Virus genome (UHGV): UHGV-0140088
Length of the DNA: 17,862 nt
Direction: 5' to 3' (one strand)
Source: a virus
The notes below the pieces were generated by a model. That model made no database searches, was not told where the DNA came from, and was given only the letters and a program-made list of their open reading frames with translations. Shown here one piece after another: positions 8,201-15,829 of this stretch. Numbering within the stretch: position 1 is the stretch's first letter; each line of letters opens with the position of its first letter. The translations under genes were made by a program, and so were the position numbers.

Positions 8201-8464
8201 ATGGACAAGAAAATTAAATCATTGAAGCCAGGAATTGTTATCAGAGACATAAGCGGTTATTACGATACAGATACATATGATATTTTATATGTGCATGCAG
8301 ATGGAAAATGTCAGTATTCGAACGACATTTTTAATAATAAAGGTGATGCCGAAATTGCTGCCACCACAGTTAATAAAGAGTTAGTAGCTAATGAGTCGTG
8401 GGATTATTTTATGCCATCATCCACTTCTATGAACTGGAAAGTGGTTTTGTACATTCCATCATAA
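8201..8464 (+). CDS. Hypothetical protein, AT-rich accessory gene 1 (87 aa)
   Basis: ATG at 8201 preceded by GAGGTG. Codon usage is visibly AT-rich compared with neighbouring core genes. No recognisable motif. Confidence 0.55.
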   Translation: MDKKIKSLKPGIVIRDISGYYDTDTYDILYVHADGKCQYSNDIFNNKGDAEIAATTVNKELVANESWDYFMPSSTSMNWKVVLYIPS

Positions 8465-8502
8465 TTGTAGCTGCCGTTCAAAAATGAAAGTAAATCTAAC
8501 AT

Positions 8503-8528
8503 CACAGGCCGCATAGTCGGCCTTCTTT
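8503..8528 (+). terminator. Possible intrinsic terminator between accessory genes 1 and 2
   Basis: AGGCCG/CGGCCT 6-bp stem with 6-nt loop, followed by TCTTTTGG. Confidence 0.35.
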
Positions 8529-8577
8529 TGGTATAAACAACAGAATAAACACTGCACTGAATTATTTGAGGTGAGAT

Positions 8578-9048
8578 ATGACAAAATCATGGAGCGTACC
8601 TTTTCCTGAATCAGAAACTGAACATGATGGAATGCCTGTTTTCTGGAGATTCCAAGCGACAGTTGAAGAAGATGGGATCAAAATATTCGCACTTCAATAT
8701 ATAGCTTTTCATCAGACAGAGCATTATGCATGGTTGGTTCCTGCGCATTGGATTGTTAATTTTAAACCAGCACCAAATCAGTGGTTACAGGAATGGAAAC
8801 AAAGGAGAAATAGATATGCAATTAAGAAAGTAGCAAAAAATGCAGAAAGATCTTTTGCATTCCCAACGAAGAAACTTGCCATTGAAAGTTTATTGCGCCG
8901 GAAGAAATACCATTTGATGCGAATCAAACAAGATTTAGCTGTTGTATCAACTCTTGTTGATGGGATGAAGAATATTGATACATCAACACCAGATATTGAA
9001 TATAACTTTGGACACAACCAAGAAACAGAAAATTGGGTGTTTTATTAG
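8578..9048 (+). CDS. Hypothetical protein, AT-rich accessory gene 2 (156 aa)
   Basis: ATG at 8578 preceded by the same ttatttgaggtga(t/g)atATG initiation context as gene 1. Trp-rich N-terminal half and a strongly basic segment (KQRRNRYAIKKVAKNAERSF...RRKKYHLMRIKQ). Confidence 0.55.
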   Translation: MTKSWSVPFPESETEHDGMPVFWRFQATVEEDGIKIFALQYIAFHQTEHYAWLVPAHWIVNFKPAPNQWLQEWKQRRNRYAIKKVAKNAERSFAFPTKKLAIESLLRRKKYHLMRIKQDLAVVSTLVDGMKNIDTSTPDIEYNFGHNQETENWVFY

Positions 9049-9152
9049 TACGAATAAGCACTGTGTATTCATTCCAACGAGTGAATACACGGAGCAATGT
9101 CGCTCGTAACTAAACAGGAGCCGACTTGTTCTGATTATTGGAAATCTTCTTT

Positions 9153-9176
9153 GCCCTCCAGTGTGAGGGCTTTTTT
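9153..9176 (+). terminator. Rho-independent terminator closing the accessory insert
   Basis: GCCCTC/GAGGGC stem with loop CAGTGT, followed by TTTTTT. Confidence 0.7.
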
Positions 9177-9242
9177 ATATGCATACCAATAACGCTTCAT
9201 TCGAGGCGTTTTCGTTATGCAATCAAACAGAAGGAGCATCCT

Positions 9243-9413
9243 ATGCAACAGTTCGCTATTGCAGGGGCGGCATCGGTTCGCCCTTTCAACCCGATTTTAT
9301 CGGTACAGCATTCACGAAAAAATATTTTAACCGGAGCAGACTTTAAACAACCAAGAATGAAAAGTTTGCTCGAAAAGCTTTGGGATATTTTGAAACAACA
9401 AGGCCGTCCATGA
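9243..9413 (+). CDS. cIII: CIII-like protein (FtsH inhibitor family)
   Basis: 56-aa product MQQFAIAGAASV...LLEKLWDILKQQGRP resembles lambda CIII (MQYAIAGW...LIDILNQPGVP) as recalled. AAGGAG RBS 6 nt upstream. The track's longer ORF from 9138 overlaps the terminator and is rejected. Confidence 0.6.
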   Translation: MQQFAIAGAASVRPFNPILSVQHSRKNILTGADFKQPRMKSLLEKLWDILKQQGRP

Positions 9414-9517
9414 GTTTTACAGATAACTGGTCAGACGAAGAATTCATTCGTCAGATGAACAAAATGCTCAATCAGCACAAAGAACAGGAGAAAGATGATG
9501 ATTCTGACTCTGAATGA
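9410..9517 (+). CDS. Possible small acidic ORF (35 aa), translationally coupled to cIII
   Basis: ATGA overlap with the cIII stop; product MSFTDNWSDEEFIRQMNKMLNQHKEQEKDDDSDSE. Kil-like position. Below the track cutoff; uncertain. Confidence 0.25.
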   Translation: MSFTDNWSDEEFIRQMNKMLNQHKEQEKDDDSDSE

Positions 9518-9806
9518 TAAGCGTGAAATATCGCAAATAATCGCAAGTTTTACTGATGAAGATTACGAACGAATCAACAGTGAAGTTGATCGTCTCTGCA
9601 AACGTTGCGACCCAATAAGCGAAATGCTTCGCTCATATAAACCAGATGAACACACTAAGGACGCTATCGACTGGCTGGAAGATGATGACTGTAACTATCA
9701 GGAAAAAGCCGCTGAATGGTTCTGGGATGCAATAACCGAAAGAGTTAAGGCTGAATATGCCTTCGCAATATTCAAACGCAGACACATTTTTGGAGAAGTT
9801 GCATGA
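9495..9806 (+). CDS. Hypothetical protein (103 aa) upstream of, and coupled to, recT
   Basis: The stop overlaps the RecT ATG (GCATGA). Acidic, with a CxxC pair (CKRCD). Position is analogous to gam/abc in lambda/P22. Confidence 0.45.
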   Translation: MMILTLNDKREISQIIASFTDEDYERINSEVDRLCKRCDPISEMLRSYKPDEHTKDAIDWLEDDDCNYQEKAAEWFWDAITERVKAEYAFAIFKRRHIFGEVA

Positions 9807-10705
9807 GCAATATCGTTGAATTCGTTAAACAGCAGGAGCAGTTATTCTGCGGAGCATTGACTGAACAGACGGTGACATGGGCTAAGGAAAGCCAGTTTGC
9901 AATTCAGTATTTCCAGAAAAACGATTACCTGGCTAAAACAGCACTGGCAAATCCAACCAGCGCACAGAACGCCATCATCAATGTTGCGGCGATCGGCATC
10001 ACCTTAAACCCGGCCAGCAAACTGGCTTATCTGGTTCCTCGCGACGGCATGGTGTGCCTTGATATCAGTTACATGGGATTACTTCATCTTGCGCAATCGA
10101 CAGGATCAATTAAGTGGGGGCAATGCAAACTGGTGTACTCAAACGACACCTATGAATCAAATGGCCTTGATTCAGCACCAACCCACAAATACAACGCATT
10201 TGGTGAGCGAGGCTCTATTGTTGGAGGTTATTGCACGGTTAAAACAGCAGATGGTGACTACCTGACTGAAGAAATGAGTCTGGCAGAAATTAAAGCTGTG
10301 GAAGCAACGAGCAAGGCAAAGAATGGACCGTGGAAAACATTCTGGGAAGAGATGGCGCGTAAAACAATAGTTAAACGCGCCAGCAAATACTGGCCTAAAG
10401 CCCAGCGACTGGATAATGCCATTCACCTTCTTAACGAAGATGAAGGTATGCATCAGGAACCAGTTATGCCGCACAAATCAGAGGAAGATATCCGCGAAGA
10501 TGAACGGAAACGCCAGCAGGAAATAATGGATAAAGCACAACTTCTTTGCGATGAAATGGCTCAGGCAGAAAACATGGATGATTTGAAGCGATATTTTGCA
10601 GAAGCATATCGCCTGACATCTGGAATGAAATTGCAGCAGAACGTACAAGCCATTTACGCAGAATGCAAAGCGAAACTGGAGGTTGCCAGTGAGCAAACTG
10701 TATGA
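9803..10705 (+). CDS. recT: RecT-family single-strand annealing recombinase
   Basis: 300-aa product with the RecT signature block NGPWKTFWEEMARKTIVKRASKYWP (compare Rac RecT NGPWVTHWEEMAKKTAIRRLFKYLP as recalled). Confidence 0.85.
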   Translation: MSNIVEFVKQQEQLFCGALTEQTVTWAKESQFAIQYFQKNDYLAKTALANPTSAQNAIINVAAIGITLNPASKLAYLVPRDGMVCLDISYMGLLHLAQSTGSIKWGQCKLVYSNDTYESNGLDSAPTHKYNAFGERGSIVGGYCTVKTADGDYLTEEMSLAEIKAVEATSKAKNGPWKTFWEEMARKTIVKRASKYWPKAQRLDNAIHLLNEDEGMHQEPVMPHKSEEDIREDERKRQQEIMDKAQLLCDEMAQAENMDDLKRYFAEAYRLTSGMKLQQNVQAIYAECKAKLEVASEQTV

Positions 10706-11171
10706 AATTGCCAATGAATACGCAAAATTGATGGATTCAGATTTAGAACCAGAGATGATTGCTGACACAATAGAAGGCATGGAAGGAGAATTTACCGATA
10801 AAATAGAGCAACTTCTTTCCGTCATTAAAAATGAATCTGGTTATGCTGAACGCCTCAAGGAAGAGGCAAAGTCGCTGAATGAGCGAGCCGCAGTAATTCA
10901 AAATAAGATTGACAGCATCAAATCATATATAGCGTCATCGCTTGAAATGGTTGGCAAGAAAAAGATTAGAGCAGGTATTCACCAGGTAACAATCCGCAAA
11001 CCGTCAGAAACTGTAGAAATCATCGACTCAAGCGCCCTTCCTCCTGAATACGTTGAGTTCGAAACGACAATTAAAGCCGACAAGTTGGCAATCAAGCACC
11101 AACTAAAAGCAGGAATAAATATCCCCGGCGCTCAACTCAAGGTTGGGAAACCTTCACTTCTTATCAAATAA
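10689..11171 (+). CDS. Gp157-like protein (Siphovirus Gp157 family), the usual RecT partner
   Basis: GTG start 6 nt after GGAGG; ~160 aa, coiled-coil-rich; immediately downstream of recT, the usual Gp157 arrangement. Assignment is by recall of the family, not a computed match. Confidence 0.5.
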   Translation: MSKLYEIANEYAKLMDSDLEPEMIADTIEGMEGEFTDKIEQLLSVIKNESGYAERLKEEAKSLNERAAVIQNKIDSIKSYIASSLEMVGKKKIRAGIHQVTIRKPSETVEIIDSSALPPEYVEFETTIKADKLAIKHQLKAGINIPGAQLKVGKPSLLIK

Positions 11172-11182
11172 CGGTATCGACT

Positions 11183-11497
11183 ATGAAAAAGACTCCATGG
11201 GAGAAATGGGAAGTCGATTTCTTGCGCGAAGTAGCGGCGACAATGCCAGTTCAAGTTATCGCTGAAAAACTGGAAAGGACTGAAAAAGCAGTAATGGCAA
11301 AAGCAACAAGGATTGGCGCTGACATTGTTAGCCGACTTCGTGGAAGACGCTGGACAAGAGCCGAAGTATCACTTTTCGGTAAGTTCTCCGCAGAAGAAAT
11401 AGCAATTGCAACCTGCCGCTCAATTTATTCAGTAAGAGCTATGCGATACAAGCTAAAAAAACTCGATGAAGAAAGAGCAGGCATACGAATAAATTAA
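11183..11497 (+). CDS. Hypothetical protein with two Myb/SANT-like Trp-containing repeats; putative DNA-binding
   Basis: 104 aa; repeats PWEKWEVDFLRE...IAEKLERTEKAV and RRWTRAEVSLFGKFSAEEIAIATCRS. Confidence 0.4.
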   Translation: MKKTPWEKWEVDFLREVAATMPVQVIAEKLERTEKAVMAKATRIGADIVSRLRGRRWTRAEVSLFGKFSAEEIAIATCRSIYSVRAMRYKLKKLDEERAGIRIN

Positions 11498-11513
11498 CAT
11501 GGAGTAATTAACA

Positions 11514-11795
11514 ATGAAGCTAAACATCGACCTCGGAAAATACGTTATTACCGGAACCAAACACGACCTGATTCTTAGTGAAAGAGGAATTATCAAAGAA
11601 GGCGAGAATGCAGGGAAAGAAACACTAAGTCGTATCGGTTATTACAGCAAGTTTGAGCATCTGGTTAAAGAGTTATGCAACCGTGAAATCCTGTTATCTC
11701 AGGCGCAGACGCTACAGGATATTCAGCAGCATATCGAAACTTTAGGTATGTCACTTAGCATGGCTATTGACCAGTTAGTGGAGAGTAAATCATGA
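11514..11795 (+). CDS. Hypothetical protein (93 aa)
   Basis: ATG with an upstream GGAG; AT-rich codon usage; no recognisable motif. Confidence 0.45.
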   Translation: MKLNIDLGKYVITGTKHDLILSERGIIKEGENAGKETLSRIGYYSKFEHLVKELCNREILLSQAQTLQDIQQHIETLGMSLSMAIDQLVESKS

Positions 11796-11952
11796 GAGGA
11801 CTTGCATACAATCCCGGCATTCTTCCGGCAGAAATGATTATTCGCCAACGAGTAAAGCCAATGCCATCGAGAGAGGAATTGCTTAAGAGAAATTCTTTTC
11901 CTTCAGTAAATCAAAACAAATATCTGAATGCGATGTGGCGGAGTGGGAAGAA

Positions 11953-12528
11953 ATGAAACAAATGTCACTAATTGAGATGGATGGATTTCTGAAAGGTAAA
12001 TGCATCCCACGAGATTTAAAGGTTAACGAAACAAACGCTGAATATCTGGTGCGTAAGTTCGGTGAGCTTGAATCAAAACTGGAAACGGCGTTGCGGGAGT
12101 GTCGTTCTGCTGGAATCACGATTGATAACCTTGAGGCCAAGTGCGCGGCGCTGGCAGCGGAGAGTGCGGGGCTAAAGGCGATATGTGATGACCGTCGCAG
12201 GTTCATCATGAATGGGGTGCAGATGGGTTATATCAAGGTGCCAGCAGCGGAAACAGATCCAGACCTTGAGACAATTCGCATTGCTATATCACCACAAAAG
12301 CCCATTCCAGCCACTGATGCTTTCCTGTCTGAAGTGCGGGCGCAGGGGGTGGATGCTGCTATAGAAGCTGCAAAAAATCTGGTGGTCCAAGAATATGAGT
12401 ATAAGGATTTCAAAGCGGCGCAGAGTGATTGCTGTATGCACCCTGGTTCAGACCTGGTAGGGAAGGTTGAAATGACTGAGTGGTTAGTTGACTTTGCTGC
12501 CCAGCTTCGCAAAGGAGGCAACCAGTGA
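11953..12528 (+). CDS. Hypothetical coiled-coil protein (about 192 aa)
   Basis: In-frame ATG at 11953 (the track begins at GTG 11935). Ala/Glu-rich coiled-coil region. The stop overlaps the next gene's GTG. Confidence 0.45.
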   Translation: MKQMSLIEMDGFLKGKCIPRDLKVNETNAEYLVRKFGELESKLETALRECRSAGITIDNLEAKCAALAAESAGLKAICDDRRRFIMNGVQMGYIKVPAAETDPDLETIRIAISPQKPIPATDAFLSEVRAQGVDAAIEAAKNLVVQEYEYKDFKAAQSDCCMHPGSDLVGKVEMTEWLVDFAAQLRKGGNQ

Positions 12529-13136
12529 GCGAAATTAATTACCAGGCACTACGTGAGGCGGCAGAACGTGCAACTCCAGCAATGGAACGCCTGTTAATGT
12601 TGCCAGTTGATGATGATCTGATAAGCGAACAGGAACTTAAAGATAGCGGTGTTGATATTGATGCCCTCAACGCCTTCAAATTTCTGGCCGGACCAGAAAC
12701 CGTGCTGGCGCTACTGGATGAGAGCAACGCATTAGAGGAAACGCGTATCAACGATGTTTGTCGTATTGCAGAACTAACAAAACAACTGGAGTTGGCAAAA
12801 TCAAAACTCAACGAGCAGCGTGAGTATTACGAGGGCGTTATCTCGGATGGAAGTAAGCGCATTGCAGAACTGGAAGCACGGGAAATAAAACCAGCCAAAG
12901 GTGAAGTTCTTGTCGTTGTTTCTGGTTTTACTGGTTGCGGAAAAAGCGCCATTGCCGGGGAAATAGAAATCGCGATGAAGGCTATTGGTGTACCGGTTAA
13001 GTGGACTAATGGCGATGCAGAAAAGCGCATGACAGGAGCTGACTGGCTGACAGCGATTGAGATGTACAAACCAACAGTGCGCATCGTGGAAGTTAATGTG
13101 CCACGCGCCGCTGGCATTCGCATCAAAGGAGAGTGA
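12525..13136 (+). CDS. Ead/Ea22-like protein with a C-terminal P-loop-like segment
   Basis: N-terminus [20 protein letters not shown] matches the conserved Ea22-family start (QALREAAEKAT) as recalled. The C-terminal part contains VLVVVSGFTGCGKS (GxxGxGKS). Confidence 0.55.
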   Translation: MSEINYQALREAAERATPAMERLLMLPVDDDLISEQELKDSGVDIDALNAFKFLAGPETVLALLDESNALEETRINDVCRIAELTKQLELAKSKLNEQREYYEGVISDGSKRIAELEAREIKPAKGEVLVVVSGFTGCGKSAIAGEIEIAMKAIGVPVKWTNGDAEKRMTGADWLTAIEMYKPTVRIVEVNVPRAAGIRIKGE

Positions 13137-13137
13137 G

Positions 13138-13893
13138 ATGATTCACTATCACGGTGGTCCTATTACTCCGGATACGTGCGCAATGAGAGCATGGAAAGGG
13201 CGACATGCGTTTATCAGTTTTGCGCATTCAGGCCAGATCAATCTCGCTGCTGAATACTGTCAGTCGTTCGCGCTGGACAACGGTGCATTCACCGCCTGGA
13301 AAGCAGCTGGCAAAAACAAAATCGACTGGAGCGATTACTACGAGTTTGTCGCTCGCTGGAAGAATCACCCAGGATTCGATTTTGCCATTATCCCTGATGT
13401 TATTGATGGCGGAGAGGAAGAAAATGATGCGCTTCTGAATGAGTGGCCTCACGGAAAACTAGTTGGCGTTCCAGTGTGGCACATGAATGAAAGTGACGAG
13501 CGATTTATTCATTTGTGCAATGAGTTTCCGCGAGTGGCTATCGGTAGTTGTGGCGACTATGACGTAAAGCGCCCAACTCTTGCGGTAGCCAGAATGAAAG
13601 ACCTGATTCGTCACATTGTTGATGAGCATGGTCAGCCGGTTACGAAACTACATGGATTGCGCATGTTAAATCCGCTGATATTCACAAAATTACCCTTAGC
13701 CAGCGCAGATAGTACGAACGTCGCTCGAAACATCGGTATTGATAAAGCCTGGTCTGGGGCTTATGCACCTGCAAGTAAAGAGACACGCGCAGCATTAATG
13801 GTAGAACGGATTGAGGCACACAATAGCCCTGGTTCTCTTGCGTATTGTGAACAACGCGACCGCTTTGAAATGCAATTGCAACTAGCAGTTTAA
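13138..13893 (+). CDS. Conserved prophage protein, possibly tRNA-guanine transglycosylase-like (DpdA-like)
   Basis: 251 aa from the ATG at 13138 (AAGGAGAG RBS). Short motifs resemble TGT-family blocks: FALDNGAF (TGT DSGGFQ), RVAIGSCGDY (Gly-rich strand), KLHGLRM (LHxFG-like) and ADSTNVARNIG (TGT DCVMPTRNARNG). Tentative. Confidence 0.4.
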   Translation: MIHYHGGPITPDTCAMRAWKGRHAFISFAHSGQINLAAEYCQSFALDNGAFTAWKAAGKNKIDWSDYYEFVARWKNHPGFDFAIIPDVIDGGEEENDALLNEWPHGKLVGVPVWHMNESDERFIHLCNEFPRVAIGSCGDYDVKRPTLAVARMKDLIRHIVDEHGQPVTKLHGLRMLNPLIFTKLPLASADSTNVARNIGIDKAWSGAYAPASKETRAALMVERIEAHNSPGSLAYCEQRDRFEMQLQLAV

Positions 13894-13903
13894 GGATTAA
13901 CAA

Positions 13904-14782
13904 ATGACCACTATAACCAAAGAGCGGCTACTGACAATCAAGCAGTGGCGCGAAATATACGGACCTGGCAGCAACGTTGTACTGCCAGCAGAAGAAGCGG
14001 AAGAACTGGCACGAATTGCTCTGGCATCGCTGGAAGCAGAGCCTGTTCTGTATCAGTCCTGCACTCGCCCCACCTGGAATAGCGGTGTTCCGTGGACGGA
14101 ATGGAAAGAACGTAGTCGTGAGTGCTACGAAGACGATTTGCGTTTTACAGACACGCCTGACCATGCCGGTTGGATATACAAATGTCGAAAACTATACACC
14201 ACTCCGCCAGCGCCGATAGCGTTAGAGGCCATTGAAAACGCAATTGAATACATTCGTAGTATCGCTTTTCACATCGATGAAGACGATTACCACGGCAAAC
14301 ATATTGCGTATTTCATGCGACAAGCATTGGCCTGGCTGGAAGGGCATTCATGCAGCGACGACAGACTGGGTAAAGCCGACAATCAACCAGTACGCGGCAA
14401 CCAGGCTGCCGAATCCAATCGCGGTAATGAGTGGACCGGCAATCCTGATATTGATAACGCAATCATCATGCTCGATCGCATAGATACGCTGGAAAGTTGC
14501 GATGATGACCGTATTGAGGCTGTTAAGGCTGTTTTGCGTAGACTGGCTGGCAACTATCCGGTAATTCCGGATAGTTGGATAAGCTGTAGTGAGCGAATGC
14601 CGGATACCAAAACAGCCGTTCTTGTTGCCGTGGAGTTTGACAGGAAAGGTGACTGGCGAATGAAATGGGCGACTTACATCCCGGGGCATCCTGACGCTAA
14701 TGATGGGTGGGTAATACCTGGTGCGTCGTGGATACCATCACACTGGATGCCTCTACCTGAACCGCCGCAGGAGGCGAAATGA
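13904..14782 (+). CDS. DUF551-type C-terminal domain protein
   Basis: 292 aa; the C-terminus WISCSERMPDTKTAVLVAV...GWVIPGASWIPSHWMPLPEPP matches the DUF551 pattern common in enterobacterial prophage accessory regions (recalled). Confidence 0.55.
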   Translation: MTTITKERLLTIKQWREIYGPGSNVVLPAEEAEELARIALASLEAEPVLYQSCTRPTWNSGVPWTEWKERSRECYEDDLRFTDTPDHAGWIYKCRKLYTTPPAPIALEAIENAIEYIRSIAFHIDEDDYHGKHIAYFMRQALAWLEGHSCSDDRLGKADNQPVRGNQAAESNRGNEWTGNPDIDNAIIMLDRIDTLESCDDDRIEAVKAVLRRLAGNYPVIPDSWISCSERMPDTKTAVLVAVEFDRKGDWRMKWATYIPGHPDANDGWVIPGASWIPSHWMPLPEPPQEAK

Positions 14783-15039
14783 TGGATGTAAAAGAGAAGG
14801 TTTTGCAGGTGATGCGTTCCCGGGCTGCCCTGCAAGATAAAGCTCTCGGCGGGGAATATCCATTCAGGATGGCAACCTGGAATCTGCGGTTGGCAATGGA
14901 GAAGGAATTTCCTGATGAAGAATGGCGTTCGGCAGATTTGCGCAAAATTCTTATGGAGCTGGCTAAAGACGGAACAGTATCCAAAGATACCCATGCCAGC
15001 CGGATTGGTCAGGCGGTATGGAGACTGGAGGTGAGGTAA
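14779..15039 (+). CDS. Hypothetical protein (86 aa)
   Basis: ATGA overlap with the upstream stop; no recognisable motif. Confidence 0.45.
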   Translation: MMDVKEKVLQVMRSRAALQDKALGGEYPFRMATWNLRLAMEKEFPDEEWRSADLRKILMELAKDGTVSKDTHASRIGQAVWRLEVR

Positions 15040-15323
15040 TGGTTAACCTGCAACTTGCCGTTAAAGGTGAATACTTCGATGCCATGATTCGCGGGGAGAA
15101 AACGGAAGAGTATCGCCTGTGTAATGACTACTGGAATAAGCGCCTCGTTAACCGTAAGTATGACCGCCTGATTATCACAAAGGGATATCCGAAGCGCGAA
15201 GACTTCAGTCGCAGAATTGACGTCCCGTATAACGGATATGAAGTGAAGACAATCACACATCCGCACTTTGGCGATAAACCGGTAAAGGTATACGCGATAA
15301 AGGTGAATATCGACACTGAATAA
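15039..15323 (+). CDS. ASCH (PUA-like) domain protein
   Basis: 94 aa from the ATG at 15039 (GGAGGTGAGG RBS). Product MVNLQLAVKGEYFDAMIRGEKTEEYRL... fits the ASCH pattern (ikpeyfdaI-sGkKt-E-R). Confidence 0.5.
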   Translation: MVNLQLAVKGEYFDAMIRGEKTEEYRLCNDYWNKRLVNRKYDRLIITKGYPKREDFSRRIDVPYNGYEVKTITHPHFGDKPVKVYAIKVNIDTE

Positions 15324-15327
15324 CAAT

Positions 15328-15382
15328 CCTCGCACTCGCGGGGATTTCTTTTATCTGAACTCGCTACGGCGAGTTTTGTTTT
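15328..15382 (+). terminator. Tandem intrinsic terminator-like hairpins after the ASCH gene
   Basis: Hairpin 1: CCTCGC/GCGGGG with loop ACTC, then ATTTCTTTT. Hairpin 2 (15358-15382): AACTCGC/GCGAGTT with loop TACG, then TTGTTTT. Confidence 0.55.
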
Positions 15383-15395
15383 ATGGAGACAAGAA

Positions 15396-15740
15396 ATGTC
15401 AGATTTGGCTATGAAGGTTTTGAAATGGCAATCGACTGGCGATGTTGGCATCAGTAGCGCAACTCTTGCCTCAATCGCATGTGGACTGAAAAAGAATATC
15501 TATGGTCATCACTTCGGTGCTCCACATGACGCAGCCGATTTCCGACGATGCGTTGCGCTTGTCGAGCAGATTCCAGAAATCAGGGATTCATTCGACAAGG
15601 TTGCAAAGCGCGTTCCGGCATTCAAAGGAATCCTCAACGAATGGGATTCCCTCGTTGCTCTGTTGAAGTCTGAAATGAAGATACACGGAAACAAAGCACC
15701 AGAGACTTACAGGAGAATCAGCGAGTTACGAAAGGACTAA
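15396..15740 (+). CDS. Hypothetical protein (114 aa)
   Basis: ATG ORF between the terminators and xis; no recognisable motif. Confidence 0.45.
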   Translation: MSDLAMKVLKWQSTGDVGISSATLASIACGLKKNIYGHHFGAPHDAADFRRCVALVEQIPEIRDSFDKVAKRVPAFKGILNEWDSLVALLKSEMKIHGNKAPETYRRISELRKD

Positions 15741-15829
15741 CCACAGTCTCACACTCGATGAGGACTGTTCATTTTTCAAGATATCCAGACCTACCGCAAT
15801 AATACCAACTCAATAAATGGAGATTCCAG

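Noticed and set aside
9138-9242. N-terminal extension of the cIII ORF (track 9138-9413)
   Set aside because: It overlaps the terminator at 9153-9176 and has no RBS. The ATG at 9243 has AAGGAG 6 nt upstream and gives a CIII-like start.
10172-10825. Minus-strand ORFs 10172-10474 and 10478-10825
   Set aside because: Antisense to recT and the Gp157-like gene; Cys/Phe-rich low-complexity translations.
12539-13126. Minus-strand Ser/Ala-rich ORFs 12539-12811 and 12827-13126
   Set aside because: Antisense to the Ea22-like gene; composition typical of reverse-frame translation.
13057-13137. Track start of the TGT-like ORF at 13057
   Set aside because: It overlaps the 3' end of the Ea22-like gene. 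The ATG at 13138 has a strong RBS and sits immediately after the upstream stop.
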